This document shows, piece by piece, positions 8,427-18,024 of a DNA stretch of 64,000 bases. Source of the DNA: Minisyncoccota bacterium (lineage in GTDB: Bacteria > Patescibacteriota > Minisyncoccia > UBA6257 > 2-01-FULL-56-20); NCBI GenBank assembly GCA_035509435.1, contig DATJLR010000002.1:330338-394337 (forward strand), given 5' to 3'. A program made the translations under genes and the position numbers. Positions within the stretch are counted from its first letter, which is position 1. Each line of letters starts with the position of its first letter. The notes beneath the pieces were generated by a model. That model did not search any database and was not told the origin of the DNA. It saw nothing but the letters and a program-made list of their open reading frames with translations.

Positions 8427-8618
8427 ATTGTCTCCAAATTGCAATAGTCTATATGAAGTGGTGGTCGCCGTCCTTAAGGATTCAAAAAATGAAGCACTTA
8501 AAAAGGACTTTCGTGAAAAGATTTTTGCCACTACAGGCGATCTAATAGCATTCGATTTTCCGAAAAAACCCGAACCCGAGGTGGATCGAGAAAATTTAGC
8601 GGCCGACCTTAAATAAGC

Positions 8619-8647
8619 TTGACGATGAATTTAATATATGCTATATT
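8619..8647 (+). promoter_or_regulatory. Sigma70-like promoter (TTGACG, 17-nt spacer, TGc-TATATT extended -10) for the downstream hypothetical gene
   Basis: Hexamers and spacing read from sequence in an AT-rich intergenic region. Confidence 0.4.
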
Positions 8648-8684
8648 ATGTGCTGTAGCACCTTGACTTTGAATGTGGGGGTTT

Positions 8685-9104
8685 ATGACAAAGCGCGGGC
8701 AAGAAATGAAAAACTTCCTTGATGAAGCAGTGGGCTTCGTCGAAATGTTTGACCGAATCATGGCAGAAGGTTTCATCGACGATCTGAACGTGAATGTTAC
8801 GGGATTCGAAGGAAAGGGAATAACATCCATCGTTATCAGAGGAACGGGATATCTGCCTGCTGACCGGCGGGCGATCCCTCTCGGCATCACGCCGTTCATC
8901 AATCCCGCAACGATCGTCGAAGGCATTCGTAAACAACTTCTCCATAATCGGTTTAGGATCGACAGCAGGCGATGCGAAATCAAAACCGACGATTGGGCCA
9001 AATGGGACCGCAGTGGCGAGAATGTCATCGGCAGCAGAGGCCTTCGCATCATCTTTGATTTCATGGTCTTTCTGAAGCCGAAGCAGTGGGAAGATAAAAA
9101 ATAG
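8685..9104 (+). CDS. Hypothetical protein (139 aa), low-GC, adjacent to tRNA-Gln(CUG)
   Basis: ORF with a GGGGG RBS 6 nt upstream of the ATG at 8685; no recognisable motif; GC visibly below the local average. Confidence 0.55.
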   Translation: MTKRGQEMKNFLDEAVGFVEMFDRIMAEGFIDDLNVNVTGFEGKGITSIVIRGTGYLPADRRAIPLGITPFINPATIVEGIRKQLLHNRFRIDSRRCEIKTDDWAKWDRSGENVIGSRGLRIIFDFMVFLKPKQWEDKK

Positions 9105-9205
9105 CACCTACGACGGCGACAGCAGCGGTAATTACCTTCTGGTAGTTGCCGCTTTTTCTTTTAATGCAGTTAAAACATCGTCCGACACTGCCAGCCTTAT
9201 ATCCC

Positions 9206-9682
9206 CTATCCCCTCCTCGCCGCATCGATCGCGGCCACGTCGATCTTTTTCATCTTCATCATCGCGGCGAAGGCGCGCTTTGTTTCATCGCCGCCTGCGG
9301 ACAGCGCTTCGGTGAGCGTGCGCGGCGTGATCTGCCAGGAAACTCCCCAGCGGTCCTTGCACCATCCGCACTGGCTCTCTGTGCCGCCGTTCCCGACGAT
9401 CGCGTTCCAGTAGCGGTCCGTTTCTTCTTGGTCTTCCGTCGCGATCGCGAATGAAAACGCCTCGCTCTGCTTGAAGGTGGGGCCGCCATCCAGTCCGAGG
9501 CATGGGATCCCGCAGACCGTGAACTGCACCGTCAGCACATCGCCTGCTTTGCCATCGGGATAATCGCCCGGCGCGCGGACGATCGCGCCCACCTTGCTGT
9601 CCGGAAACGTGGCGGCATAAAACGTTGCCGCGCTCTCCGCGTCCTTATCAAACCAGAGACAGATGGTATTTTTGGCCTGCAT
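9206..9682 (-). CDS. VOC/glyoxalase-fold protein of the PhnB / 3-demethylubiquinone-9 3-methyltransferase-like family
   Basis: N-terminal ICLWFDKDAESAATFYAATFPDSKV signature of PhnB-like proteins. Confidence 0.8.
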   Translation of the reverse strand: MQAKNTICLWFDKDAESAATFYAATFPDSKVGAIVRAPGDYPDGKAGDVLTVQFTVCGIPCLGLDGGPTFKQSEAFSFAIATEDQEETDRYWNAIVGNGGTESQCGWCKDRWGVSWQITPRTLTEALSAGGDETKRAFAAMMKMKKIDVAAIDAARRG

Positions 9683-9738
9683 GCTCTTATATACGATCAT
9701 TTTACCGCATCCGTTAATCTTGGTATAGTGAGCATATT

Positions 9739-10038
9739 ATGACCAAGAGTCCCTATCTTAATGCGCTCATAGCCGTGCTCTATATCGTCCTCATTGTTCT
9801 CCTCATCAACTACGGCCCGATCCTTGTGCGGCAAAAGCCCGACACTATTCTCGCGCCGATAGCGATGCTGAGCCTCCTTGTGCTTTCCGCCGGCTTCATG
9901 GCCTATGACTTTTTCTTTCAGCCCGTTCAAATGTACATAGAAGGGAAAAAGCGCGAAGCGGCGCAGTTTTTCATGAAGACGCTCGGTGTCTTTGCGGTCA
10001 TTACGGCTGTGATAGTCGCGATCGCCTTCATTGTTTAA
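9739..10038 (+). CDS. Hypothetical small membrane protein (3 TM)
   Basis: 99-aa ORF, hydrophobic throughout. Confidence 0.5.
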   Translation: MTKSPYLNALIAVLYIVLIVLLINYGPILVRQKPDTILAPIAMLSLLVLSAGFMAYDFFFQPVQMYIEGKKREAAQFFMKTLGVFAVITAVIVAIAFIV

Positions 10039-10107
10039 CGACAGGGTGATGCAGGTCCCGTCCGGGCCTGTTACTATTTGGCGCGGGAGTGCGTTATTAT
10101 AAGAGAT

Positions 10108-10653
10108 ATGAAAAAATCAACTATGTGGGTCATTGTCCTCGCAGTGGTCATCGTGCTCGGCGGATTTTTATATTGGCAGAGCATAAATCCTTCGTCTCCC
10201 TCCCCTTCCTCGACTACGTCAACTTCTACATCGGCATCAAGTTCGCCGGTAACCTACACCAACAGCACCTATGGCTTTACTTTTTCACTTCCCGCCGACT
10301 GGCAGGGATATGCGATCGTAACATCAACGTGGAGCGGAACCGGCGACGAGGCATGTCCGGCAAGCGGGTGTCCGAAAGTGACCGGCCCCGAGATCCTTAT
10401 TCGTAACCCGCAGTGGACGGCGGCGAACCCCTACCAAGATATTCCCATTATGGTCTTTACGCACAGCGAGTGGGATGCGGTCGCGACGACTTCGCCGACG
10501 CTCATCGTGAGCGCGGCACCGATCCCGCCATCCGAACTCGGCGAGAACGCAAACTATGTCTTTGCATTGCCGCCCCGCTACGATTATGCATATCCAAGCG
10601 GCTGGCAGGAGGTGGAATCGATCATCGCAAACAACCCGCTCCACGCGTTTTGA
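10108..10653 (+). CDS. Hypothetical secreted/membrane-anchored protein with Ser/Thr-rich linker
   Basis: MKKSTMWVIVLAVVIVLGG signal-anchor followed by low-complexity S/T/P tract and a globular C-terminal domain. Confidence 0.6.
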   Translation: MKKSTMWVIVLAVVIVLGGFLYWQSINPSSPSPSSTTSTSTSASSSPVTYTNSTYGFTFSLPADWQGYAIVTSTWSGTGDEACPASGCPKVTGPEILIRNPQWTAANPYQDIPIMVFTHSEWDAVATTSPTLIVSAAPIPPSELGENANYVFALPPRYDYAYPSGWQEVESIIANNPLHAF

Positions 10654-10673
10654 TCGCCGTGATCGGGCGACGG

Positions 10674-11897
10674 CTATTGCCGGAGCAATTCCTTGATGCC
10701 CACGCGGCGTCCGTACTCCATCGATCCGTAGCGGAACGCGCGCACGGCGAACCAGACCGCAAGCACGGCGCTTGCGACGATGACGGCAAGCGCCCCGAAC
10801 GATTCGCCGAGCGAAAGGCTGCCAAGGGTGTTGCGCAGGAGCGCGGTCGTGGGAGCGGTCAGCGGGAAGTACGTGAAGACCGTGACTGCAAGCGCGTGCG
10901 GTGAGCTGATGATGGTGCTGATGGCGTAGATCGGAATATAGTTCCAGATGATGGAAAGCCCGATGAACCGTCCGGCTTCGTTCGTGCTCGGGAAGAGCGC
11001 GCCGAGCCCGACCAGTATTCCGGTGAACATGAGGAATCCCGCAACGAAGAACAGTATGGCAAAGGTGACCGCCACCGGATCGATCGGAATATTGCTCAAT
11101 GATATATTGTTCAAAAACTGGAGCTGCCCGGGGAGCAATGCGTGCGCAACAAGAAGGACCGCCCCGATGACGATGATCTGTACGATGCCTAAAATGAATA
11201 TTGAAACGATCTTGCCGGTGATGAGCAGCCTCGTTTTGATTGAGGTAAGCAATATCTCGGCCGTGCGATTCGCCTTTTCTTCGGCGGTGCTCGAGATCAT
11301 GATATATGCGAGGAGGATGACGAGCACAAGAAAGAGGCCTGCAAATATTCCCGGCGCGATCATGCTTTCTATGTCCTGCGTCTCGACGCCGTTCTTATAA
11401 GTGATCGCCGTGACGGCTGGCGTCTTTTGTAAAACGTCCACGACCTCGGGGTTTCCCGTTGAGGAACTTACGTCAGCGATCGCACTCTGGGTCAGGATCG
11501 CCGTAGCAACGTCGTTATACGGCTGTATGAGGGCATTGCCCTGATCCTGGGCGTAGATCTCGATGCCGCTTGAGGCGACGTCCGCGGGATAGTAAAAGAA
11601 GGCATCCAGCGAGCCGCCCTTTACGGAATCGATGCCGGCGTTCTCGTTCGGTTCTGTCGCAATATGCTGTGCGCTCAACAATTGCTTGCTGATCAATCCG
11701 GAATCATCGAGGACGGCGATCTTCGCGGTTTGCGAGAACGACCGCGCCTGTTGCGCGGCGGTGTTCGCGGCGCTCTTGCTTGAAAGGTTTTCAACGCCGA
11801 TGACGGCAAGGATGAGGAGCGGCGGCGCGATCGCGGCGAACCAGAAGCTTCTCTTCTTGAGCGCGCGAAATACTTCAAAATGGACGATGTTCCACAT
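10674..11897 (-). CDS. ABC-2 type transporter permease
   Basis: N-terminal TM, large extracytoplasmic loop, then a block of 5 TM helices typical of ABC-2 permeases; adjacent ATPase. Confidence 0.8.
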   Translation of the reverse strand: MWNIVHFEVFRALKKRSFWFAAIAPPLLILAVIGVENLSSKSAANTAAQQARSFSQTAKIAVLDDSGLISKQLLSAQHIATEPNENAGIDSVKGGSLDAFFYYPADVASSGIEIYAQDQGNALIQPYNDVATAILTQSAIADVSSSTGNPEVVDVLQKTPAVTAITYKNGVETQDIESMIAPGIFAGLFLVLVILLAYIMISSTAEEKANRTAEILLTSIKTRLLITGKIVSIFILGIVQIIVIGAVLLVAHALLPGQLQFLNNISLSNIPIDPVAVTFAILFFVAGFLMFTGILVGLGALFPSTNEAGRFIGLSIIWNYIPIYAISTIISSPHALAVTVFTYFPLTAPTTALLRNTLGSLSLGESFGALAVIVASAVLAVWFAVRAFRYGSMEYGRRVGIKELLRQ

Positions 11898-11898
11898 G

Positions 11899-12807
11899 TT
11901 ATTGCTGGTAGAGTTTTAAAAATATCTCATTGAGGGTCGGGCGCCGGACATCAAATGTCGTCACGTGCAGGTCTTTGTTCGCCGCAAAGAACCGGAACAC
12001 GTCATCCACCGAGACGCCATCCTTCCACGAAAGCTCCGCGTAGTGCGGCAGCTGTTTTGTGATCGTATATAGTTTTTCGTTGGCCGGCAGGGTTCCATTG
12101 AATGCGACGGCGATGACCGTTGTACCGAATTGGTCCTTCACCTCATCAATAGTCCCGTATAATGCGCGTGTCCCGTCCTTGAGCAATACAATGCGGTCGC
12201 AGAGCTGCTCCACCTCCTCCATGCGGTGCGTGACGAGAACGACCGTCGCGCCTTTTTCGCGCCGCTCGTTGATGATGCTCATAAGAAGCGACCGGTTGAC
12301 GGGGTCGAGCGCTTCGGTCGGCTCGTCGAGGATCATGAGCGACGGGTCGTGCAATATGGTGACGCCGAGCTGGACCTTCTGCTGTTGGCCGTTCGAGAGG
12401 TTCGCAAGCTGTTCCTGTGCCTTGTCACCGATCCCGACGCGCTCAAGATATGCGAGTGCGCGCTGCTTCGCTTCGCTCCTGCCCAGTCCGTGCATTACGG
12501 CAAAATAGACCATGATATCGAGCACCGGTTCGTTACGATACAGACCGCGCTGCTCGGGCAGATAACCGAGCGTTGCGGCCATGTCGGAGCTGTACCGTTT
12601 GCCGTTTATAAAAAGCGTGCCGCTCGTCGGGTCCATCAGCGAAAGCAGCGTGCGGATGGTGGTCGTCTTCCCCGCGCCATTTGCGCCAAGAAGGCCGAAC
12701 ACTTCGCCCTGGCGCACCTCGAACGAGAGATCTTTGATGACCTCCTTCTCGTCGAAGCGCATTGCGAACGACCGGATATCGATGACAGGAGATGATTGTT
12801 GATCCAT
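11899..12807 (-). CDS. ABC transporter ATP-binding protein
   Basis: Walker A GANGAGKTT, signature LSNGQQQK, Walker B LMILDEPT, H-loop. Confidence 0.9.
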   Translation of the reverse strand: MDQQSSPVIDIRSFAMRFDEKEVIKDLSFEVRQGEVFGLLGANGAGKTTTIRTLLSLMDPTSGTLFINGKRYSSDMAATLGYLPEQRGLYRNEPVLDIMVYFAVMHGLGRSEAKQRALAYLERVGIGDKAQEQLANLSNGQQQKVQLGVTILHDPSLMILDEPTEALDPVNRSLLMSIINERREKGATVVLVTHRMEEVEQLCDRIVLLKDGTRALYGTIDEVKDQFGTTVIAVAFNGTLPANEKLYTITKQLPHYAELSWKDGVSVDDVFRFFAANKDLHVTTFDVRRPTLNEIFLKLYQQ

Positions 12808-12860
12808 GAGGAGAATTATACATCAATGTGATACGTTTTGCGGGAAACTGTGTTATTCTG

Positions 12861-14021
12861 ATGCTATCAATGCGCACAGTGTTCGGCCTATGGGCAGTAT
12901 TTTTGATCATCGTTGCGATCGCGATCGCGGGCATTTTTTTGTACGGCGCCGGACGGGTGGACACGCTGCTGGGCGATTATAAGATCGTGGCGCAGACCGC
13001 GACCTCCACAAAAGTGGTCGATGCGACGACCACGTCGCTTGCCGCGCTCACGCCGGTGAATGCCGCCGCGTACGACGCAAAATTGCTCGCCATCGCGAAC
13101 GTGCCGCCGCGCACGATCACGGTCGTCGTGACGTCAACGATCCCGGGTACGACGACCATCGCGCGCACGACCGTCACAAAGACCGTTTCCTCCACGAGCC
13201 CATGGCCGGTCAAGGGCGCTCCCCTGCCGGATGCCGGCGCGTTGCTCCCCTTCAACCGCATAGTCGCGTATTACGGCAACTTCTATTCCACCGCGATGGG
13301 CGTCCTCGGCGAATATCCGCCTGACCAGATGATGGCGATGCTCGCATCGACGACGGCCGAATGGGCGGCGGCCGATCCGTCGACTCCCGTGATCCCGGCG
13401 CTCGACTACATTGTGGTGACCGCGCAGGGTTCGCCGGGCGTCGATGGAAAATATCGGTTGCGGATGCCGGACAGCCAGGTGGAAAAAGCGATCTCGCTCG
13501 CGCAGCAGATGAACGGGCTTGTATTCCTCGACTTTCAGGTGGGATGGAGCAACGTAGAGACGGAAGTGCCGCTCTACGCGCAGTATCTCAAGCTTCCCAA
13601 CGTGGAACTGTCGCTTGACCCGGAATTCGATATGGAGCCGGGCGCCAAGCCGGACACGGAGATCGGAACGATGTCGGCCACCGACATCGATTGGGCGGCA
13701 AACTATCTTGCTACTATCGTGAAGGAAAATAATTTGCCGCCGAAGATTTTGGTGGTGCACCGCTTCACGCTTGATATGGTCACCAACTATCAGGACATCA
13801 CGCCGCTTCCCCAAGTGCAGGTGGTGATCGACATGGACGGATGGGGTTCGCAGGCAAAGAAGATCAATACGTACGAGACAGTGGAAGAAGCGGAGCCGGT
13901 GCAATTCACGGGGTTCAAGCTCTTTTATAAGAATGACCTGTTGCCGCCGAGCACCGGCATGATGACGCCGCAGCAAGTGCTTCAGCTTACCCCCCGGCCC
14001 AGTTATATCCAATATCAATAG
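12861..14021 (+). CDS. Membrane-anchored hypothetical protein, possibly a TIM-barrel glycoside-hydrolase-like (DUF4015/GH114-like) protein
   Basis: N-terminal TM anchor, Thr-rich linker, ~280-aa domain (RIVAYYGNF...DYIVVTAQG...ILVVHRF); functional call is weak. Confidence 0.6.
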   Translation: MLSMRTVFGLWAVFLIIVAIAIAGIFLYGAGRVDTLLGDYKIVAQTATSTKVVDATTTSLAALTPVNAAAYDAKLLAIANVPPRTITVVVTSTIPGTTTIARTTVTKTVSSTSPWPVKGAPLPDAGALLPFNRIVAYYGNFYSTAMGVLGEYPPDQMMAMLASTTAEWAAADPSTPVIPALDYIVVTAQGSPGVDGKYRLRMPDSQVEKAISLAQQMNGLVFLDFQVGWSNVETEVPLYAQYLKLPNVELSLDPEFDMEPGAKPDTEIGTMSATDIDWAANYLATIVKENNLPPKILVVHRFTLDMVTNYQDITPLPQVQVVIDMDGWGSQAKKINTYETVEEAEPVQFTGFKLFYKNDLLPPSTGMMTPQQVLQLTPRPSYIQYQ

Positions 14022-14036
14022 CGGTAATAGTCACCT

Positions 14037-15143
14037 ATGGAAGAAAAGCGATCGCGCTTCGCCCGGGTGCGGGGCTGGTATCAAAAATTCGAACGGCCGA
14101 TCTCGTCCCTTTCTCTCATTGGCGGATTCGTGTTCGACGCGCTCACGCTCACGCGCGTGGACATTTTTTGGGACAATTTCTGGGTAGGCGCGCACCTGCT
14201 CATCGTTGCGGTGAGCATCGTCCTGGCAAACGCCACGGAGGGCGGTGAGGTGGATGTGGAGGATCCCGGCAAGCTGCATTTCTGGCTTGTGAACGTGATG
14301 CAATTCTTCTTTGGCGGCCTTCTCAGTACGTACCTCGTTTTTTATTTCCGCAGCGGTACGATCGGCGTCAGCTGGCCATTCTTTGCCATCCTTGCGATCG
14401 CGTTCATCGCGAACGAGCGGCTGAAGCATCATTACGCGCGGCTCGCGTTCCAGATCAGCATCCTTTATCTATCGGTCTACCTTTTTTGCATCTATATCAT
14501 TCCCGTGATCGTTCACGCGATCGGAGCATGGGTATTTATTTTGAGCGGTGTTGCGAGCTTGGTCGTCATCGGCCTCTTTCTGCTCCTTCTCCGCGCAACG
14601 TCAAAAGAGCGGTTCGTGAACAAGGGCGGACGGCGGGTCATCCTTTTTGTCGTCGGGATCTTTGCGATGATGAACATCTTTTATTTCACGAATATATTGC
14701 CGCCGATCCCGCTTTCCGTTAAAGATGCCGGACTTTACGAAACGTTCACGGTCAATGCTCCGGGCAATTACACCGCCCAATACGAAGACCAGGGCTGGCT
14801 GGGATTTTTGGATCCGTCCGATACGATCCGACTTACGCCCGGCGCGGCCCTCTTTGCGTATAGCGCCGTTTTCTCCCCTACTTCGTTCAATGTGAATATC
14901 GTCCACGAATGGCAATATTATAACGCGAGCAGCAGCCAGTGGATCACGCGCGGCAAGATCACATTGCCGGTCACGGGCGGAGCGGATAGCGGCTATCGCA
15001 CCTTTTCGGAGGAAGAGGGGCTTGGCGCCGGCGCCTGGCGCGTGGACATCGAAACGACGCAGGGTCAGGTGATCGGCCGGATCGGGTTCAACGTCATCAT
15101 TGTGAGTTCAACGCCGACGCTTTCCACGCGCGAGATCGATTAA
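14037..15143 (+). CDS. Hypothetical polytopic membrane protein with C-terminal extracytoplasmic domain
   Basis: ~7 predicted TM helices followed by a ~150-aa soluble domain. Confidence 0.6.
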   Translation: MEEKRSRFARVRGWYQKFERPISSLSLIGGFVFDALTLTRVDIFWDNFWVGAHLLIVAVSIVLANATEGGEVDVEDPGKLHFWLVNVMQFFFGGLLSTYLVFYFRSGTIGVSWPFFAILAIAFIANERLKHHYARLAFQISILYLSVYLFCIYIIPVIVHAIGAWVFILSGVASLVVIGLFLLLLRATSKERFVNKGGRRVILFVVGIFAMMNIFYFTNILPPIPLSVKDAGLYETFTVNAPGNYTAQYEDQGWLGFLDPSDTIRLTPGAALFAYSAVFSPTSFNVNIVHEWQYYNASSSQWITRGKITLPVTGGADSGYRTFSEEEGLGAGAWRVDIETTQGQVIGRIGFNVIIVSSTPTLSTREID

Positions 15144-15160
15144 AGTTAAATAAAAATAAA

Positions 15161-15667
15161 ATGAACATCCCGCGACGCAGATGGAGCCAGCGGCCGCCGC
15201 CGAACAACGACCCAGTCTATCTGACGCCCGAAGGCGTGGAGCGATTGCGCGCGCGCCTTGAACGATTGAAAGCATCACTGCCCGCAGCCATCGACGAGGC
15301 CGCGCGCACAGGTGCCTTCGGCGATCGATCTGATAATGCAGAATATAAGGAGGCAAAAAGCATCCTTCGGCGGACAAAAGGGCAGATCCTAAACCTCGAA
15401 GATCAGTTGAAGCGCGTCGTGGAGATCCCCTCCGGCGCGGATATGACCGGCGCGGTCCGTCTCGGCACAACGGTCAGATTGCGCGCAACGAACGGCGCGG
15501 TTACAACGTACCGTATCGTCGGGCCATCCGAAACCGACCCCGGACACGGGCGCATTTCTCACATCTCCCCGCTCGGCGCGGCGCTGGTGGGACATCGCGT
15601 CGGAGACCCGATCGTTGTCAAAAGCCCGAAAGGAACACAGGAATATTCGATAATTGACGTCGCGTAA
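15161..15667 (+). CDS. greA: Transcription elongation factor GreA (with ~20-aa N-terminal extension)
   Basis: Coiled-coil N-domain with DNAEYKEAK acidic tip region and C-terminal FKBP-like domain (YRIVGPSE...SPLGAALVG). Confidence 0.85.
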   Translation: MNIPRRRWSQRPPPNNDPVYLTPEGVERLRARLERLKASLPAAIDEAARTGAFGDRSDNAEYKEAKSILRRTKGQILNLEDQLKRVVEIPSGADMTGAVRLGTTVRLRATNGAVTTYRIVGPSETDPGHGRISHISPLGAALVGHRVGDPIVVKSPKGTQEYSIIDVA

Positions 15668-15737
15668 GGGTAAAGAAATAAAAAAACCGGCACGATCCAA
15701 TGTGAACATTGATCGTGCCGACGTAACTCCACTCCTT

Positions 15738-16076
15738 TTACTTTCGCTGGCGGGCGCGGATGAGTTTCCGTTCGATACGCGCGCGCGTGACCACCTCCCT
15801 ATGCTGGATCTTTTGCACAATGTGCTCAATGGCCGCATACAGCCGTGCGTCCATTTCTTCCTCGCTCTGAATGCCATGATCGCGCCGCTGAACATGCTTG
15901 CGGCACGGCCGACATTCAAGGAGGTGCCGGAGAATGTCCGGATCGAGCCCGTTTTCCGCAAAGCGAACGATCTCGTCGAGGGTGGGTTTATCTTTCCGGT
16001 TGACGTAGATGATCGTACAGTCCTTTGTCGGAAACGTTCTCTTCGGGCGATATATCACCACAAGCGGCGCCGCCAT
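15738..16076 (-). CDS. Hypothetical protein with CxxC...DH motif (possible HNH-like/zinc-binding fold)
   Basis: 113-aa ORF between greA and tig on the opposite strand; motif ECRPCRKHVQRRDHG; no strong family match. Confidence 0.35.
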   Translation of the reverse strand: MAAPLVVIYRPKRTFPTKDCTIIYVNRKDKPTLDEIVRFAENGLDPDILRHLLECRPCRKHVQRRDHGIQSEEEMDARLYAAIEHIVQKIQHREVVTRARIERKLIRARQRK

Positions 16077-16185
16077 AATTCGATCTCCTAAGCGTAGTGT
16101 GAACCACCTATTACCGTACCCCTCCGCTATTTCTCTGTCAATACAATTTGGAAATATCGCACGCGTGCGGTACAATCAAGCGGCT

Positions 16186-17277
16186 ATGGAACGATCATAT
16201 ATAAAACTTAAAAAACTGGAAGAAAAGAACGGTGATATTGAGTTCCGGGCGGAGGTGCCGGTTGAACTGCTGGAGGAATACACCATGGCGGCGCTCGCTG
16301 AGCTTGCGGAAAATTTCAGCCTGCCTGGCTTCCGTAAGGGGAAGGTGCCACAGGAGAAGGTTCGGGAACATGTAAGCGAGATGGAGCTTTTGGAGGATGC
16401 GGCAAATGAGGCGCTTCGCGATGCCATGATGGAGATCGCCGAGGACGAGAAGCTGGACGTCATCGGGCGTCCGCAAGTGACGGTCACGAAGCTTGCGCCA
16501 AAGAACCCGTTGGAGTTCCGCGTGCGTTACGCGCTCTTTCCGGACGTGTCGCTTCCCGATTATAAGAAGATCGGCAAGGAGATCTTCGAGCGCAAGGATC
16601 CGACGGACGTGACCGAGAAGGAAGTTGACGAGGCGCTCGGGCGCATCCAAAAGATGATCGCATCGACGGCGAACGTCGGGCTCGCGCCGGACGCGGCAAA
16701 GGATATCCCCGCTCCCCCGCTTATCGACGAGACCGTCAAGCAATTTGGCAATTTTGCGACCATCGCCGATTTTCGCGCCGAACTCAAACGCCAATTGGAG
16801 CAGGAAAAGGTCTTGCACATGAAGGATGGCCGCCGCGAGGAGATCATCAAAGAGATCGTCAGCCGCTCCAAATTGAAAGTACCGCAGCTTCTGGTGGAAC
16901 AGGAGCTTTCCGAATTCTTGGCGGATCGCGATGAACAGCTCAAGGGCGCAAAGCTTTCGCTCGAGGAATATCTGAAACAGATCGGCAAGACCGCCGAGCA
17001 ATTGGAAAGGGATGAGCGAAAGCTCATTGAGGATGATCTGCGCATGAGCATGGTCGTGCAGGCCATCCGCAAAAAGGAGGATATCAATGCCGATGACCGG
17101 GATGTCCATATCCTGATCGCCCAGCTGAAGCTCCGTTATCCGGAACGCACAGAATCGGAGCTGCACCGGACGGCAGAGGCAATGATCGTCCAGAACAAGC
17201 TGTTCGCATTGTTTGAAGGCGCCGAGGCGAAAGAGTTGAAAGACGGAGGCGTGACAGATGTACTAAAGAGCGAATGA
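16186..17277 (+). CDS. tig: Trigger factor, short form (363 aa)
   Basis: Ribosome-binding signature LPGFRKGKVP near residue 45 from start MERSYIK; the ORF-track N-terminal extension is rejected. Confidence 0.85.
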   Translation: MERSYIKLKKLEEKNGDIEFRAEVPVELLEEYTMAALAELAENFSLPGFRKGKVPQEKVREHVSEMELLEDAANEALRDAMMEIAEDEKLDVIGRPQVTVTKLAPKNPLEFRVRYALFPDVSLPDYKKIGKEIFERKDPTDVTEKEVDEALGRIQKMIASTANVGLAPDAAKDIPAPPLIDETVKQFGNFATIADFRAELKRQLEQEKVLHMKDGRREEIIKEIVSRSKLKVPQLLVEQELSEFLADRDEQLKGAKLSLEEYLKQIGKTAEQLERDERKLIEDDLRMSMVVQAIRKKEDINADDRDVHILIAQLKLRYPERTESELHRTAEAMIVQNKLFALFEGAEAKELKDGGVTDVLKSE

Positions 17278-17300
17278 TGTTAATTAAATTAATATAAAAA

Positions 17301-18014
17301 ATGGAAATAAAGGGAAAGGTAATTATCGTAACGGGGGCCTCGGAAGGTATCGGTGAGGCGCTCGCAAAGAAGCTTGCCCGCGCAGGTGCGAAGGTGGTGC
17401 TCGCCGCGCGCAACGACGAAAAACTGGCAACGCTCGCCCATGAGCTTCCCGGCTCGGTTGCGGTGCATACCGATATGACCCAGCAGGCGGACATCCAGAA
17501 CCTGATCGACCGCACGATGGAGATCGACGGCCGCATCGACATCCTCGTGAACAACGCCGGCCAGGGAATGTACAGCCCGCTTGAACACACCGATATCGAC
17601 AAGTACAAGCACATCATGAACCTCAACGTCTACGGACCGCTCTATGCGATGCAGCTTGTGATCCCTAAAATGCGCGAACAGGGCGGAGGCATGATCCTCA
17701 ATATCAGCTCCCGCGTTTCCAAGAATTATTTCCCGAATCTGTCGGCGTACGCCTCAACAAAGTATGCGTTGAACGCGCTTTCGCTCACCGCGCGCGCGGA
17801 ACTCGAGAAAGACCATATCGTGGTAAGCGTGTTCCATCCAAAGATGACGTCAACAAATTTCAGCAAGAATGCGGCAGGGGCTCAGCATCCTGATTATGAA
17901 ACCCTCCGCCGATCGCGTCCGGCGAGCACGAACCTCGCAGTTGACACTGCAGAGCAGGTCGCGGAAAAGATCGTGGAGCAGATCGGATCGGAGGAACCGG
18001 AAGCGTCAATGTAG
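17301..18014 (+). CDS. SDR-family short-chain dehydrogenase/reductase
   Basis: TGASEGIG cofactor motif, NNAG, catalytic YASTK. Confidence 0.85.
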   Translation: MEIKGKVIIVTGASEGIGEALAKKLARAGAKVVLAARNDEKLATLAHELPGSVAVHTDMTQQADIQNLIDRTMEIDGRIDILVNNAGQGMYSPLEHTDIDKYKHIMNLNVYGPLYAMQLVIPKMREQGGGMILNISSRVSKNYFPNLSAYASTKYALNALSLTARAELEKDHIVVSVFHPKMTSTNFSKNAAGAQHPDYETLRRSRPASTNLAVDTAEQVAEKIVEQIGSEEPEASM

Positions 18015-18024
18015 GCGCGAGGAA

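Noticed and set aside
8323-8616. 97-aa ORF spanning tRNA-Gln(CUG)
   Set aside because: Reads straight through a well-folded tRNA gene; no RBS; spurious.
16009-16185. N-terminal 59-codon extension of the trigger factor ORF
   Set aside because: The conserved TF N-terminus aligns from MERSYIK (16186); the extension has no homology and overlaps the divergent hypothetical gene region.
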